The notes: generated from the letters alone by a model not told the origin. Shown: positions 8,783-22,713, counted from the stretch's first letter. The stretch: 64,000 nucleotides of DNA from an uncultured delta proteobacterium (GCA_963766715.1 CAVYBH010000001.1:32001-96000), one strand, 5' to 3'. Numbers and translations: made by a program.

Positions 8783-9673
8783 TCAGGCCCCGTCGTACCG
8801 GATGTCGCCCGCCCCGGCGGGATCGTAGCCGGGGATCGCGGCGACCTCGGCGCGGAACCGCCCTCCCTGCGCCACCTCGCAGACCCGCACCACGTTGCGG
8901 TCGCCCAGGTCTCTCGCCCGGACGAGCAGGCCGTAGGCCTCGCGAGCCAGCGGAAGGAACCCCAGGCCGAGCGCGTGCGCCCAGGCACGGGACGCGACGC
9001 CCAGGTCCGCGTCTCCCCGGGCCACGGCGCACACCACCTCGAGGTGGGAGGCGCAGACCACGGCCCGGCCACCCACCTCGCGGGCGTCGAGGCCCGCGGC
9101 GGCCAGCGCCTCGTCCAGGTACTTCCGGACGCCGGCGGACGGGGGCCGCGAGGCGAGCCGGCCCTGCCCGAGGTCCTTCGCCCTGGGTGGACGCCCCTTC
9201 GCCACCAGCCCGATCTCGCGGGTGACCAGGTGGATGCGGGCGATCCGTTCCTCGCCGGCGTGGGTGGGAAAGCCCCCGGCGTGGCTTCCGGAGGCGAAGA
9301 CCGAGCCCTCGCCGAGCAGGCGGAATCCGGCTTCCTTGTCGGCCTGGACGAAGCCGATCACGGTCCCCGACTCGCGCAGGAGGCGGAGCAGGATCGCCAC
9401 CACCTGGTCGCCGTTCGCGGCGATGAGCGGCGGAGCGCCCTGCGACGCGGCGGTCCCCATCGATGTTGGACCTGGGGACGCCTCGGGCTCGACCTGGCGA
9501 GCGGCTCTTCCGGGCTTCGACCAGGAGAGCACTTCCGCCCTGTCGAACCGCCACTCGGAGCCCACGCGCCGGGCCGGGAGCCCCTTCTTCAGCAGCCGGT
9601 ACACGTGCTGCGGGTGGACCCGCAGGAGCTTCGCGACTTCCTCGGTCGTCAGCAGCGCGGGAGGGCTGGGCAT
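8783..9673 (-). CDS. Excisionase-type HTH + PBP-like (molybdate/tungstate-sensing) transcriptional regulator, TaoR-like architecture
   Basis: LLTTEEVAKLLRVHPQHVYRL...LPARRVGSEWRF N-terminus; C-terminal PBP-like SHLEV..AV..G.AD.G, LGL.FLPL..E.Y.L, GYD...G; divergent from modA. Confidence 0.75.
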   Translation of the reverse strand: MPSPPALLTTEEVAKLLRVHPQHVYRLLKKGLPARRVGSEWRFDRAEVLSWSKPGRAARQVEPEASPGPTSMGTAASQGAPPLIAANGDQVVAILLRLLRESGTVIGFVQADKEAGFRLLGEGSVFASGSHAGGFPTHAGEERIARIHLVTREIGLVAKGRPPRAKDLGQGRLASRPPSAGVRKYLDEALAAAGLDAREVGGRAVVCASHLEVVCAVARGDADLGVASRAWAHALGLGFLPLAREAYGLLVRARDLGDRNVVRVCEVAQGGRFRAEVAAIPGYDPAGAGDIRYDGA

Positions 9674-9751
9674 GGCCCCTGCATGATAGCGAACCCATGA
9701 GGAAGCTGATTCACGTAAACGGGGCTAGGCGTAGTTTGTTATGGTGTGTCA

Positions 9752-10586
9752 ATGCTTGACGATCGTGCTTGTCATTGCATCACGGTCGGGCGCCTGTCGC
9801 GCCGGGGGTGGCTCGTCTCGCTCCTCGCGCTGCTCCTCGCTCCGGCGTGGGCCGGGGCCGGCGAGACGCGCACCCTCTCCGTCGCAGCCGCCGCCAACCT
9901 GAAGCCCGCCCTCGACGAGATCAGCCGTCTCTTCGAGGCGAGGAACCCCGGCGTCGAGGTGAAGGCGACCTTCGGGGCCTCGGGAACCTTCTTCGCCCAG
10001 ATCGCGAACGGTGCGCCCTTCGACCTCTTCCTGTCCGCGGATTCGGAGTTTCCGGCCAAGGTGGTCGAGCAGGGGCTCGCCGACGGAAAGGCCTTCCCCT
10101 ACGCGTACGGAAAGCTGGTGGTCTGGGTCCCCAAGGACTCGAAGCTCGACCTGGACGCGAAGGGGCTCGCCGCCCTCGCCGATCCCTCGGTCCAGGAGAA
10201 TCGCCATCGCCAACCCGGACGTGGCCCCGTACGGGCGCGCCGCCCGGGCCGCCCTCGAGAAGGCCGGCGTCTACGAGCGCGTGAAGGCGCGCCTCGTGAT
10301 GGGCCAGAACGTGAACCAGGCGGCCCAGTTCGCGCAGTCGGGAAATGCGCAGGCCGCCTTCCTGCCGCTCTCGCTCGCCGGGACGCCGCCGCTCTCCATC
10401 GAGGGACGGGCATGGCTCGTGCCGCCGGCCACCTATCCCCGCGTCGAGCAGTCGGGCGTCGTCCTCCAGGGAACGAAGCATCCCGCCCTGGCAAGGGAAC
10501 TGGCCGCGTTCCTCACCGGGGACGCCGCGCGGCAGGTGTTCGCGCGCCACGGCTACGACCTGCCCGGGAATGGAGTGTCGAGATGA
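9752..10586 (+). CDS. modA: Molybdate ABC transporter substrate-binding protein (frameshift ~10198; start uncertain)
   Basis: VAAAANL, FGASG..FAQI.NGAPFDLFLSAD, IANP..APYGRAA, GQNVNQ. Confidence 0.88.
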
Positions 10587-11485
10587 AGCGGGTTCCCGCC
10601 GTGGCCGGGTTGCTGGCTGCTCTCGTGATGGCGCTTCCCGTCCGCGCGTCCACGGATGGCGACCCGGGCGCGACCCCGCACGCCGCCGAGCCTTCCGACC
10701 TGGGCATCCTCGACTTCTTCACGAACGGCTGGAGCCAGGACTGGGTGCACCGGCGCCGCGAGACGCGCGACATGGCGCTCCTCCGGGTCACGACCAACTT
10801 CCTCGAGCGGGAGTTCCGGTTCGACTACGCGTACACGAGCCTCCTCGGCAACGCCCGGTACACCGGGACGGACTTCGCCAGCTCGCTCATGGCCTACGCC
10901 GTGAACCGGCGGCTCATGCTGGAGATCATCGCGAACTACCAGTGGAACGTGCACCCGGGCGCGTCCCCGGTGAACGGCGCCGGCGGGGCGGCCCTCCTGC
11001 GATTCCAGCTCGTCGACACGGCCACGGCCTCCTATTCCACCCAGATCCGGGTGTCGGCGCCCAACCGGGGCATCGGACAGACCCAGACGACGTTCGGCTA
11101 CTACCTGGCCGGCTGGCAGGACGTGCGAGCCTGGATCCCGGCGCTCGGCCGCGTTGGCCTCTACTACTCCTTCGAGTACGACAACCTCCAGGGCCCGGCC
11201 GCCGCGGGCGCGACCAGGAACTCCATCTCCTACGATGTATCGGTCGCCCGGACCTTCACCGACGCCTCCACGCCGGTGGTGGGGGACCTCACCGCCTTCC
11301 TGGAACTCTACGGGACGACCCCTCTCGACGGTGCGAGCTCCGGGAAGACGGTGCTGAGCCTCACGCCGGGGGTCCGCTTCTGGTTCGTCCCGAAGAACTC
11401 GCTCTCCCTCGGCGTGGACCTGCCGGTGAGCCACTCCCCGCCGTATTCCGCTGCCTGGCGCGCGACGTACATCCTGAACTTCTGA
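10583..11485 (+). CDS. Exported hypothetical protein, probable outer-membrane beta-barrel
   Basis: Signal peptide, aromatic-rich alternating strands, C-terminal YILNF; ATGA-coupled to modA. Confidence 0.55.
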   Translation: MKRVPAVAGLLAALVMALPVRASTDGDPGATPHAAEPSDLGILDFFTNGWSQDWVHRRRETRDMALLRVTTNFLEREFRFDYAYTSLLGNARYTGTDFASSLMAYAVNRRLMLEIIANYQWNVHPGASPVNGAGGAALLRFQLVDTATASYSTQIRVSAPNRGIGQTQTTFGYYLAGWQDVRAWIPALGRVGLYYSFEYDNLQGPAAAGATRNSISYDVSVARTFTDASTPVVGDLTAFLELYGTTPLDGASSGKTVLSLTPGVRFWFVPKNSLSLGVDLPVSHSPPYSAAWRATYILNF

Positions 11486-11524
11486 CGTGGAGCGCGCGAC
11501 GCTGGGCGGCCGGTTCGGGAGCCG

Positions 11525-12490
11525 ATGGCCCGGGTTTCGCATATCTCTCTGCGCTTGGCCCTCCGACCCCACCTCGACGACGTCCGGAGCCGCGCCCGCG
11601 GCGCGTTCCTGGGCCTGGCCCTCGGCGACGCCCTGGGCGCGACCGTCGAGTTCATGCTCCCGGGCGAGATCCGGGCGGTCCACGGGGTCCACCGGGAGCT
11701 CACCGGTGGCGGCTGGCTGAAGCTCCGGCCCGGCTCCGTCACCGACGACACCCAGATGTCCATCTGGATGGGGCGGGCCATCGCCAACGGCGGGGGCTGG
11801 GACGCCCGGCGCGCCGCCGTGCACCTCGCCGCCTGGCTCCGGACCGGACCGGCCGACGTGGGGAACACCGTGCGCCGCGGGCTCCGCCGCTTCGTCGTCG
11901 ACGGAACGCTCGAGGGGGAGCCGAGCCCGGGCGACGCCGGCAACGGCGCGGCCATGCGCGTGCTGCCGGTGGCGCTCGCCACGCTGGCCGATCACCGGGC
12001 CATGTCCCGCACGGCCATCGAGCAGGGGCGCATCACCCACCACCACCCCCTCTCCGACGCCGCCTGCATCCACGTGGGCGAGCTCATCCACATGGCGTGC
12101 CTCGGCCTCGGGATGCCGAGGCTGCGCCGGGCCTCCGACGCCTTCGTGGCCGAGCACCCGGAGTTCGCCTTCTCGCCGTACCCTGGGCTCTCCGGCGGCT
12201 ACGTGGTCGAGACGGTCGCCACCGTCCTCCACTTCCTCCACGCGACGAGCAGCTTCGAGGAGACGCTCGTCGGGATCGTGAACCGAGGCGGCGACGCCGA
12301 CACCACCGGCGCCATCGCCGGCGCGATCGCCGGCGCCTACCACGGCCCGGAGGGGCTCCCCGGACGCTGGCTGAAGCGGCTCGATCCCGAGGTTCGCGAG
12401 GAGGCGGAGTGGCTCGGGGACCAGCTCGTGGCCCTCTCCCCGCTGGGACGGGGCGAGCCTCCCCACCTGACCCCGCGCGCCGGGGCCTAG
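11525..12490 (+). CDS. draG: ADP-ribosyl-[dinitrogenase reductase] glycohydrolase
   Basis: [58 protein letters not shown]; nif context. Confidence 0.92.
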   Translation: MARVSHISLRLALRPHLDDVRSRARGAFLGLALGDALGATVEFMLPGEIRAVHGVHRELTGGGWLKLRPGSVTDDTQMSIWMGRAIANGGGWDARRAAVHLAAWLRTGPADVGNTVRRGLRRFVVDGTLEGEPSPGDAGNGAAMRVLPVALATLADHRAMSRTAIEQGRITHHHPLSDAACIHVGELIHMACLGLGMPRLRRASDAFVAEHPEFAFSPYPGLSGGYVVETVATVLHFLHATSSFEETLVGIVNRGGDADTTGAIAGAIAGAYHGPEGLPGRWLKRLDPEVREEAEWLGDQLVALSPLGRGEPPHLTPRAGA

Positions 12491-13340
12491 GCGAGCAGCC
12501 GCTTCACCCGGATCTCGCCGCCGACCACCAGGTACTCGCCCTCTCCCCGGAGGATCAGCGCGGCAGCAGGTGGCCGGCGAAGAAGATCCGCGGCACCGCC
12601 AGCCGGGCCTCCAGGACCGCGTCGCCGAACTCCCAGGCGCGCTCCACGTCGTCGGTGAAGGAGCAGAGGTTGTTCAGCCGCAGCACCCACTCGCGGCGGC
12701 CCAGGGTCTCGACCACCTGGTGGTCCTCCAGCCGGTTCTGGCCGCGCCAGAGCGTGATCCAGCGCGCGCCGGGGAGACGCCGCGCGAGCTCGTACTGCGT
12801 GAAGGTGTAGACGAGGTCGAGCTGGGCGTCGATGGCGCTCGTCCAGGCGTGGCCCCGCGTGCGGTCGGCGACGTAGCGGGCCCAGGCCTCGCCGTCCGCG
12901 CCCGCCATCTGCTCCTGGTGAAAGGTGGGGGCGATGCCCATCCGGCTCTCCACCCAGCCCTTCAGGACCGCCCCCTCCACCGAGCTCGCGTCCACTCCCC
13001 AGCCCCGCAGGAACCGGACGTACCCGTTGCGAAGGCTTCGCCGCGCGCCGGGCGTCTCCTGGGCCTGCCACTGGTGGAGCTGGAAGCGGACGTTCATCCA
13101 GTCGTCGAACTTCCGGCCGCGCTCGTCCGGGTCCTCGGTGCGGTCGAGCACCTCGAACAGGAAGCGGTTCTCCTCCCGCACTCCCTGCAGGACGATGGGG
13201 CGCGGATCCTCGTCGAAATCGCGCGAGGCGATCACCCACGGCGGCAGGTTGCACCGGTTGAAGGAAGTCCGGTTCACGGGCTCCCGGGTGCTCGCCCGGC
13301 GTGCAGGCGCAAGGGCTTCGTTCCCGGGCGGAGTCGCCAT
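12487..13340 (-). CDS. draT: NAD+:dinitrogenase reductase ADP-ribosyltransferase (frameshift ~12555)
   Basis: [43 protein letters not shown]...[18 protein letters not shown]. Confidence 0.92.
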
Positions 13341-13407
13341 CTCCCCGCAACGGCTCGATCGAGGGTCACGTGTCGCGCAGTCTTTGCAAGACCGGTGCTC
13401 CGCGGAA

Positions 13408-13424
13408 CTGGCACCCGAATTGCT
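13408..13424 (+). promoter_or_regulatory. Sigma54 -24/-12 promoter of nifA
   Basis: CTGGCACCCGAATTGCT, near consensus TGGCAC-N5-TTGC. Confidence 0.8.
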
Positions 13425-13436
13425 CCACCCGATTGC

Positions 13437-14994
13437 ATGGATCCCCGGCGGGCCACCGTCGCCGTCGAGGCGCTCCACGACATCGGCCAGGTCCTCGCGC
13501 TCGCGACCGACCTGTCGAAGGCCTTCAACACGGTCCTGCAGATCCTCCGCTCGCACCTCGGGCTGGAGAACGGCACGGTCTCGCTCTTCGACCCGGTCAC
13601 CGGCGAGGTCTTCATCGAGGCCGCGCCGGAGATGCCCGACGAGGAGCGGATCCTCGGCCGGCTGCGGCCAGGGGAGGGGATCGTCGGACGGGTCTTCCAC
13701 ACAGGCCTGCCGGTGGCCATCCCCGATCTCGCCGACGAGCCCATCTTCCTCAACCGCACCGGGAGCTGGCGCGACGTGCGCGAGGACCCGCGCGCCCTCT
13801 ATGCCGTCCCGCTGCGCGAGGTGCGGTCGACGCTGGGCGTGCTCACCGCCGAGCGCCGGTGGGCGAACGGCACCTTCTCCTTCGACGCGGACCTGCGCGT
13901 CCTCACCACCGCGGCCTCCATGCTCGCGACCCGGGTCCGGCTGCACCGGGCGGAGAACCCGCTCGCCCGGGCCCGCACCGACTCCCCCGCGCTCCTGCCC
14001 GTGCGCGAGCGCTTCCGCGGCGTGGTGGGGACGAGCGCTCCCTGGCGGCAGGTCCTCGACGTGGTGGACCGGGTGGCCCAGAGCCGGGCCACGGTGCTGC
14101 TCCGGGGGGAGAGCGGCACGGGCAAGGAGGTGGTGGCCCGCGCCATCCACGAGAACGGATCCCGGGCCGGCCGGGCCTTCGTCGCCGTCAACTGCGCCGC
14201 GCTTCCCGAGTCCCTGCTCGAGAGCGAGCTCTTCGGCCACGAGCGAGGCGCCTTCACCGGCGCCGCCGCGGCGCGGCCGGGGCGGTTCGAGCTGGCCGAC
14301 GGCGGGACCATCTTCCTCGACGAGATCGGCGAGCTCCCGGTCGGCGCGCAGGTGAAGCTCCTGCGGGTCCTCCAGGAGCGGCAGTTCGAGCGGGTGGGCG
14401 GGCACCGCACGGTGACCGTGGACGTGCGGGTCGTGGCGGCGACCAACCGGGACCTGGAGGAGGCCGTCCGGAGCGGCTCCTTCCGGCTCGACCTGTACCA
14501 CCGCGTGCAGGTGGTCGAGATCGTCCTCCCTCCGCTCCGGGATCGGGCGGACGACGTGCCTCGCCTGGCCGAGGCCTTCCTCGCCGATCTCGCGGCCGAG
14601 CACGGGAGGCGGCTCATCCTCACCCGCGACGCCATGCTGGCCCTGCAGCGGCTCCAGTGGCCGGGGAACGTGCGCCAGCTGCGCAACGTGCTGGAGCGAC
14701 TCGTGGTCTCCCACGGCGACGGTCCCGTGTCGGCGTCGGACCTCGACTGGCTCGCACCCACCGTCGAGGCGGGCTGCCCGGTCGACGAGGTCGAGGCCGA
14801 CGTGCGCGAGCCTCCTCCCGCGGCGGCGGACCGTCGTCCCGGGACCGGCCGAGGCGTCGGAGCGCGACCGCGTCATCGAGGCGCTCGAGCGGGCCGGTCA
14901 CGTGCAGGCGCGCGCGGCGCGGCTGCTCGGCATGAGCGTGCGCCAGTTCCGGTACCGGGTGGCCAAGTTCGGCATCCAGGTGGAGAGATTCTGA
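13437..14994 (+). CDS. nifA: NifA-type GAF/AAA+/HTH sigma54 activator (frameshift ~14820-14850)
   Basis: N-terminal [29 protein letters not shown]; Fis-type HTH ([17 protein letters not shown]) in the shifted frame; lies upstream of nifH, which has a UAS. Confidence 0.82.
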
Positions 14995-15449
14995 TGGAGC
15001 CCCTCGCCGTCCGCCCCGCCGGAGCCGACGACCTCACCTCCATGGTGGCGTTGCTCGCGGAGCTGTTCGCGCTCGAGCCCGACTTCCGCGTCGATCCCGT
15101 CCGGCAGCGCCGCGGGCTCGCGCTCCTCCTCGAGGACCGGCTGCGGCGGGCGGCGCTCGTCGCGGTGCGCGGCGGCGCGGTGGTGGGCATGGTCACCGGC
15201 CAGCTCGTGGTCTCCACCGCCGAGGGGAGCGGGTCGGTGCTGGTCGAGGACCTGGTGGTGGCGGGGTCGGAGCGGAGGCGCGGAGTGGGGCGGGCGCTGC
15301 TCCGCGCCATCGAGTCTTGGGCCTCCTCGCGCGGGGCGTCCCGGCTCCAGCTCCTCGCCGACCGCGAGAACGGCGCGGCGCTCGGCTTCTACGAGCGGCT
15401 CGGCTGGACCGGCACGCGGCTCGTGTGCCTGCGGCGCGGCGGTCGGTAG
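14994..15449 (+). CDS. GNAT family N-acetyltransferase
   Basis: VEDLVV....[25 protein letters not shown] overlap with nifA. Confidence 0.85.
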   Translation: MEPLAVRPAGADDLTSMVALLAELFALEPDFRVDPVRQRRGLALLLEDRLRRAALVAVRGGAVVGMVTGQLVVSTAEGSGSVLVEDLVVAGSERRRGVGRALLRAIESWASSRGASRLQLLADRENGAALGFYERLGWTGTRLVCLRRGGR

Positions 15450-15462
15450 TTCCTGCGTCGCC

Positions 15463-18014
<2,552 letters not shown>

Positions 18015-18027
18015 TCCGGAGGACGCC

Positions 18028-19498
18028 ATGGCCAACGACCTCGGCCTCACCGTCAAGCCCGTCACGACCACCACCCCCGAGGAGGAGGCGCGCGTCGCCG
18101 CCTGGATCGACACCCCGGAGTACCGGGAGAAGAACTTCGCCCGCCAGGCCCTGGTGATGAACCCGGCCCACGCCTGCCAGCCGCTCGGCGCCGAGCTCTG
18201 CGCCCACGGCTTCGAGGGGACGCTGCCCTTCGTCCACGGCTCGCAGGGCTGCGCCTCCTACTACCGCTCCACCCTCAACCGCCACTTCCGCGAGCCGGCC
18301 CCGGCCGTCTCCGACGCCATGACCGAGGACGGCGCGGTCTTCGGCGGCCAGAACAACCTGCACGAGGGGCTGGAGAACGCCGTGGCGCTCTACAAGCCGA
18401 AGATGATCGCGGTCTTCACCTCCTGCATGCCCGAGGTCATCGGCGACGACCTGACCGCCTTCATCAAGAACGCCCGCCAGAAGGGGCTCCTGCCCGAAGG
18501 ACCTGCCGACGCCCTACGCCAACACGCCCAGCTTCAACGGCTCGCACGTCACCGGCTACGACGCCATGCTGCTCGCCATCCTGCAGACCCTCACCGAGGG
18601 GAAGAAGGTGGAGGGGCGCTGCACCGGCAAGCTGAACTTCATCCCCGGCTTCGACGCCAACACCGGCAACTACCGGGAGTACAAGCGGATCTTCGAGGCC
18701 TTCGGCATCCCCTCCACCTTCCTGGCCGACATCTCCGAGACCTTCGACTCGCCGAACGACGGCACCTACCGGCTCTACCCGGGCGGCACGCCGCTCCTCG
18801 AGGCCGGCCGACTCCATCAACGGCAAGGCCACCCTGACGGTCGGCCCCTACGCCACCGCCAAGACCTTCGCCTGGATCAAGGAGAACTACGCCGGCAGCA
18901 CGCCTCGCTGCCCATGCCCATGGGCATCGCCAAGACCGACGCGTTCCTCCTGAAGCTCGCCGAGCTCTTCGACAGGCCGGTGCCGGACGTCCTCAAGGCC
19001 GAGCGCGGCCGCGCGGTGGACGCCATGACCGACGCCCAGCAGTACATGCACGGCAAGAAGTTCGCCGTGTACGGCGATCCCGACCAGCTGCTCGGCTACG
19101 TCTCCTTCCTGCTGGAGATGGGCGCCATGCCGCACCACGTCCTCTGCTCCAAGGGCTCGAAGAAGCTCGAGAAGGAGCTGCAGGCGCTGCTCGACGCCTC
19201 GCCCTACGGCAAGGGGGCGCAGGTCTGGATGAACCGGGACCTGTGGCACCTGCGCTCGCTGCTCATGACCGACCCGGTGGACGCCCTCATCGGCGACACC
19301 CACGGCAAGTTCGCCGCCCGCGACGCCAAAATCCCGCTCTTCCGCTTCGGCTTCCCCGTCTTCGACCGGGTCAACAAGCACCGCAGCCCCATCATCGGCT
19401 ACCAGGGCGCCATCAACATGCTCACCGAGATCTGCAACAAGTTCCTCGACATCAAGGACGAGACCTGCGAGGAGCGCTTCTTCGAGATGATGCGGTGA
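18028..19498 (+). CDS. nifK: Nitrogenase MoFe protein beta chain (several frameshifts)
   Basis: [42 protein letters not shown]. Confidence 0.95.
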
Positions 19499-19504
19499 GC
19501 GCCG

Positions 19505-22273
19505 ATGGCCAGGCCCGACTGCTACGACGCCCCGGAGTGCGACACCCCGGAGAAGGGGGCGCCGAAGTTCTGCAAGAAGTCGGAGCCCGGCGAGGGGACC
19601 GAGCGGAGCTGCGCCTTCGACGGCGCCCGCGTGGTGCTCATGCCCGTCACCGACGCCATCCACCTGGTGCACGGCCCCATCGCCTGCGCCGGCAACTCCT
19701 GGGACAACCGCGGCGCCCGCTCCTCCGGCTCGCAGCTCTACCGGCGCGGCTTCACCACCGAGATGCTGGAGAACGACGTCATCTTCGGCGGGCGAGAAGA
19801 AGCTCCACGCGGCCATCGTCGAGCTGGCCGCGCGCTACGCCGGCGAGGCCAAGGCCATCTTCGTCTACGCCACCTGCGTCACCGCCATGACCGGCGACGA
19901 CGTCGAGGCGGTCTGCAGCGCGGGCCGCCGGCGAGGTGGCCATCCCGGTCATCCCGGTCAACACGCCCGGCTTCATCGGCGACAAGAACATCGGCAACCG
20001 GCTGGCCGGCGAGATCCTGCTCGACCACGTCATCGGCACCGCCGAGCCGGCGCGCACCACCCCCTACGACGTGAACCTCATCGGCGAGTACAACATCGCC
20101 GGCGACCTGTGGGGCATGCTGCCGCTCTTCGAGCGGCTCGGCATCCGCATCCTCTCCTGCATCAGCGGCGACGCGCGGTTCGAGGACCTGCGCTGCGCCC
20201 ACCGGGCGCGGCTCAACGTCATCATCTGCTCGAAGAGCCTCACCAACCTGGCCCGGAAGATGCGGAAGCGCTACGGCATCCCGTACCTGGAGGAGTCGTT
20301 CTACGGGATGACCGACACCGCCAAGGCGCTGCGGGACATGGCGCGCGAGCTCGACCTGGCGAACGGCGGCGAGGGCGACACCACCATGCGGGACCGGGTG
20401 GAGGCGCTCGTCGCCGACGAGGAGGCGCGCTGCCGGGCCCGCATCGGCCCCTACCGGGCGCGGCTCGCCGGGAAGCGGGCCGTGCTCTTCACCGGCGGCG
20501 TGAAGACCTGGTCGATGGTCAACGCGCTGCGGGAGCTCGGCGTGGAGGTGCTGGCGGCCGGCACCCAGAACTCCACCCTCGAGGACTTCCACCGGATGAA
20601 GTCCCTCATGCACCAGGACGCCCGCATCATCGAGGACACCTCGACGGCGGGGCTCCTGGCGGTGATGCGGGAGAAGATGCCCGACCTCATGGTGGCCGGC
20701 GGCAAGACCAAGTTCCTGGCGCTCAAGACCCGCACCCCCTTCCTCGACATCAACCACGGGCGCTCCCACCCCTACGCCGGCTACGAGGGGATGGTCACCT
20801 TCGCCCGCCAGCTCGACCTGACCGTGAACAGCCCCATCTTCCCGGCCATGAACGCGCGGGCCCCGTGGGAGCTGCCGGCGGGAGAGCGCGAGGCGCGCCG
20901 GGCCGGCGGCCGCCGGCCACGCCGGCGCGCTTCCTGGCCGAGGACCTGCCGCCTCGCGGGTGAAGGTCCCGGCCAAGGCCGCCACCGTCAACCCCCAGAA
21001 GAACTCGCCGGCGCTGGGGGCCACGCTCGCCTACCTGGGCGTGGACCGGATGCTCGGCCTCCTGCACGGCGCGCAGGGCTGCTCGACCTTCATCCGGCTC
21101 CAGCTCTCCCGCCACTTCAAGGAGTCGGTGGCGCTCAACTCGACCGCCATGAGCGAGGACACCGCCATCTTCGGCGGCTGGAAGAACCTCAAGGCCGGCG
21201 TGGCCCGGGTGATCGAGAAGTTCCGGCCCGCGGTGGTCGGCGTCATGACCTCCGGGCCTCACCGAGACCATGGGCGACGACGTCCGGGGCGCCATCGCGC
21301 AGTTCCGGACCGAGCGCCCCGACCTCGACGGCCACCCCGGTGGTCTGGGCCTCCACGCCCGACTACTGCGGCTCGCTCCAGGAGGGGTACGCCGCCGCGG
21401 TGGAGGCGCTCCTCGAGACGCTCGCCGAGGGCGGCCCGACCATCCCCGCCAGGTCAACCTGCTCCCCGGCGCCCACCTCACCCCGGCCGACGTCGAGGAG
21501 CTGAAGGGGCTCGTCGAGGCCTTCGGCTTCCGGGTCCTCGCCATCCCCGACACCGCCAACGCCCTCGACGGCCACGTCGACGACGTGGTCTCGCCGCTCT
21601 CCACCGGCGGCGTGCCGGTGGACCGGCATCCGCCTGGCCGGGCGCAGCGCCGCCACCCTCTACGTGGGCGACTCGCTCGCACCGCGCCGCCCGGCGCGCT
21701 CGAGGAGCGGCACGGCGTCCCGGCCTTCGGCATGAACTCGGCCACCGGCCTCGCCGAGGTCGACCACCTGGTGGCCACGCTCGCCGCCCTCTCCGGCCGC
21801 CCGGTGCCGGAGGCGCTCCGCCGCTGGCGCAGCCGGCTCCTCGACGCCATGGTCGACAGCCACTACCAGTTCGGCGGCAAGAAGGTGGCCATCGCGCTCG
21901 AGGCCGACGCGCTCAAGGCGATGACCCGCTTCCTCGCCGGCATGGGCTGCGACGTCCGCTGGCGCTCGCCGCCACCCGCACCCGGGGGCTCGACGAGCTG
22001 CCCTGCGCCGGACGTCCGGGTGGGCGACCTCGAGGACCTGGAGGACGCGCGCCCGGGGCATGGACCTCCTGGTCGCCAACTCCAACGGCCGGCAGGCCGC
22101 CGCCGAGGCTGGGGGTGAAGGCCCACCTGCGGGCCGGCTACCCGGTCTTCGACCGGCTCGGCGCCCACGCCCGGGTCTGGGCCGGCTACCGGGGCACCCT
22201 GAACCTGGTCTTCGAGGTGGCGAACCTGTTCCAGGCGAACGCCACCGAGGCGCAGCGGCTGGCCCACAACTGA
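19505..22273 (+). CDS. nifEN: FeMo-cofactor scaffold NifE-NifN, probably one fused gene (multiple frameshifts)
   Basis: NifE: SCAFDGA, HGPIAC, TGGVKTWS. NifN: NPQKNSPALGA, HGAQGC, GYPVFDRLG. No RBS before the NifN half. Confidence 0.88.
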
Positions 22274-22289
22274 GAGGAAGGAGCCGGGC

Positions 22290-22677
22290 ATGCGGATGGC
22301 ATTCACGAGCAGCGACGGCCGGACCATCGACGAGCACTTCGGCATGGCCGGCCAGTTCCACATCTGGGAGGTCGGGCCCGGACGGGCCGAGCCGGTGGGA
22401 ACGGTGACGGCCATCACCACCTCCGACGACGAGGAGGACCGCATCTCGGCGCGGGCCAGCGCCATCGCCGGCTGCGCCATCGTCTACACGGTGCGCATCG
22501 GCGGCCCGGCCGCGGCGAAGCTCGTGGCCCGGCGCATCCACCCCATGAAGACCGGGGCCGAGGTGCCCATCGACGAGGTGGTCGGGAAGTTGCAGGAGGT
22601 GCTGCGAGGAAGGCCGCCGCCCTGGCTCCGCAAGGCCATGGACGCGGGGATCGGCGGCGGCGGAAGTCGTCGACTGA
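22290..22677 (+). CDS. nifX: Nitrogen fixation protein NifX (end approximate)
   Basis: [16 protein letters not shown]...[14 protein letters not shown]. Confidence 0.88.
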
Positions 22678-22713
22678 CAGTGCGGGTGCGTCCCGCAGGC
22701 GAGGAGACACACC

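Noticed and set aside
6820..9673. Prophage or ICE suggested by radC, TA, ssb and an excisionase-like HTH
   Set aside because: No integrase, att repeats, conjugation or phage genes; ssb and radC look chromosomal and the HTH is fused to a PBP sensor.
11487..11503. Sigma54 promoter for draG (TGGAGCGCGCGACGCT)
   Set aside because: Only GG-N10-GC spacing with a weak core; expected by chance in GC-rich DNA.
12555..12557. In-frame TGA in draT as selenocysteine
   Set aside because: The protein continues in a different frame, so this is an indel rather than readthrough.
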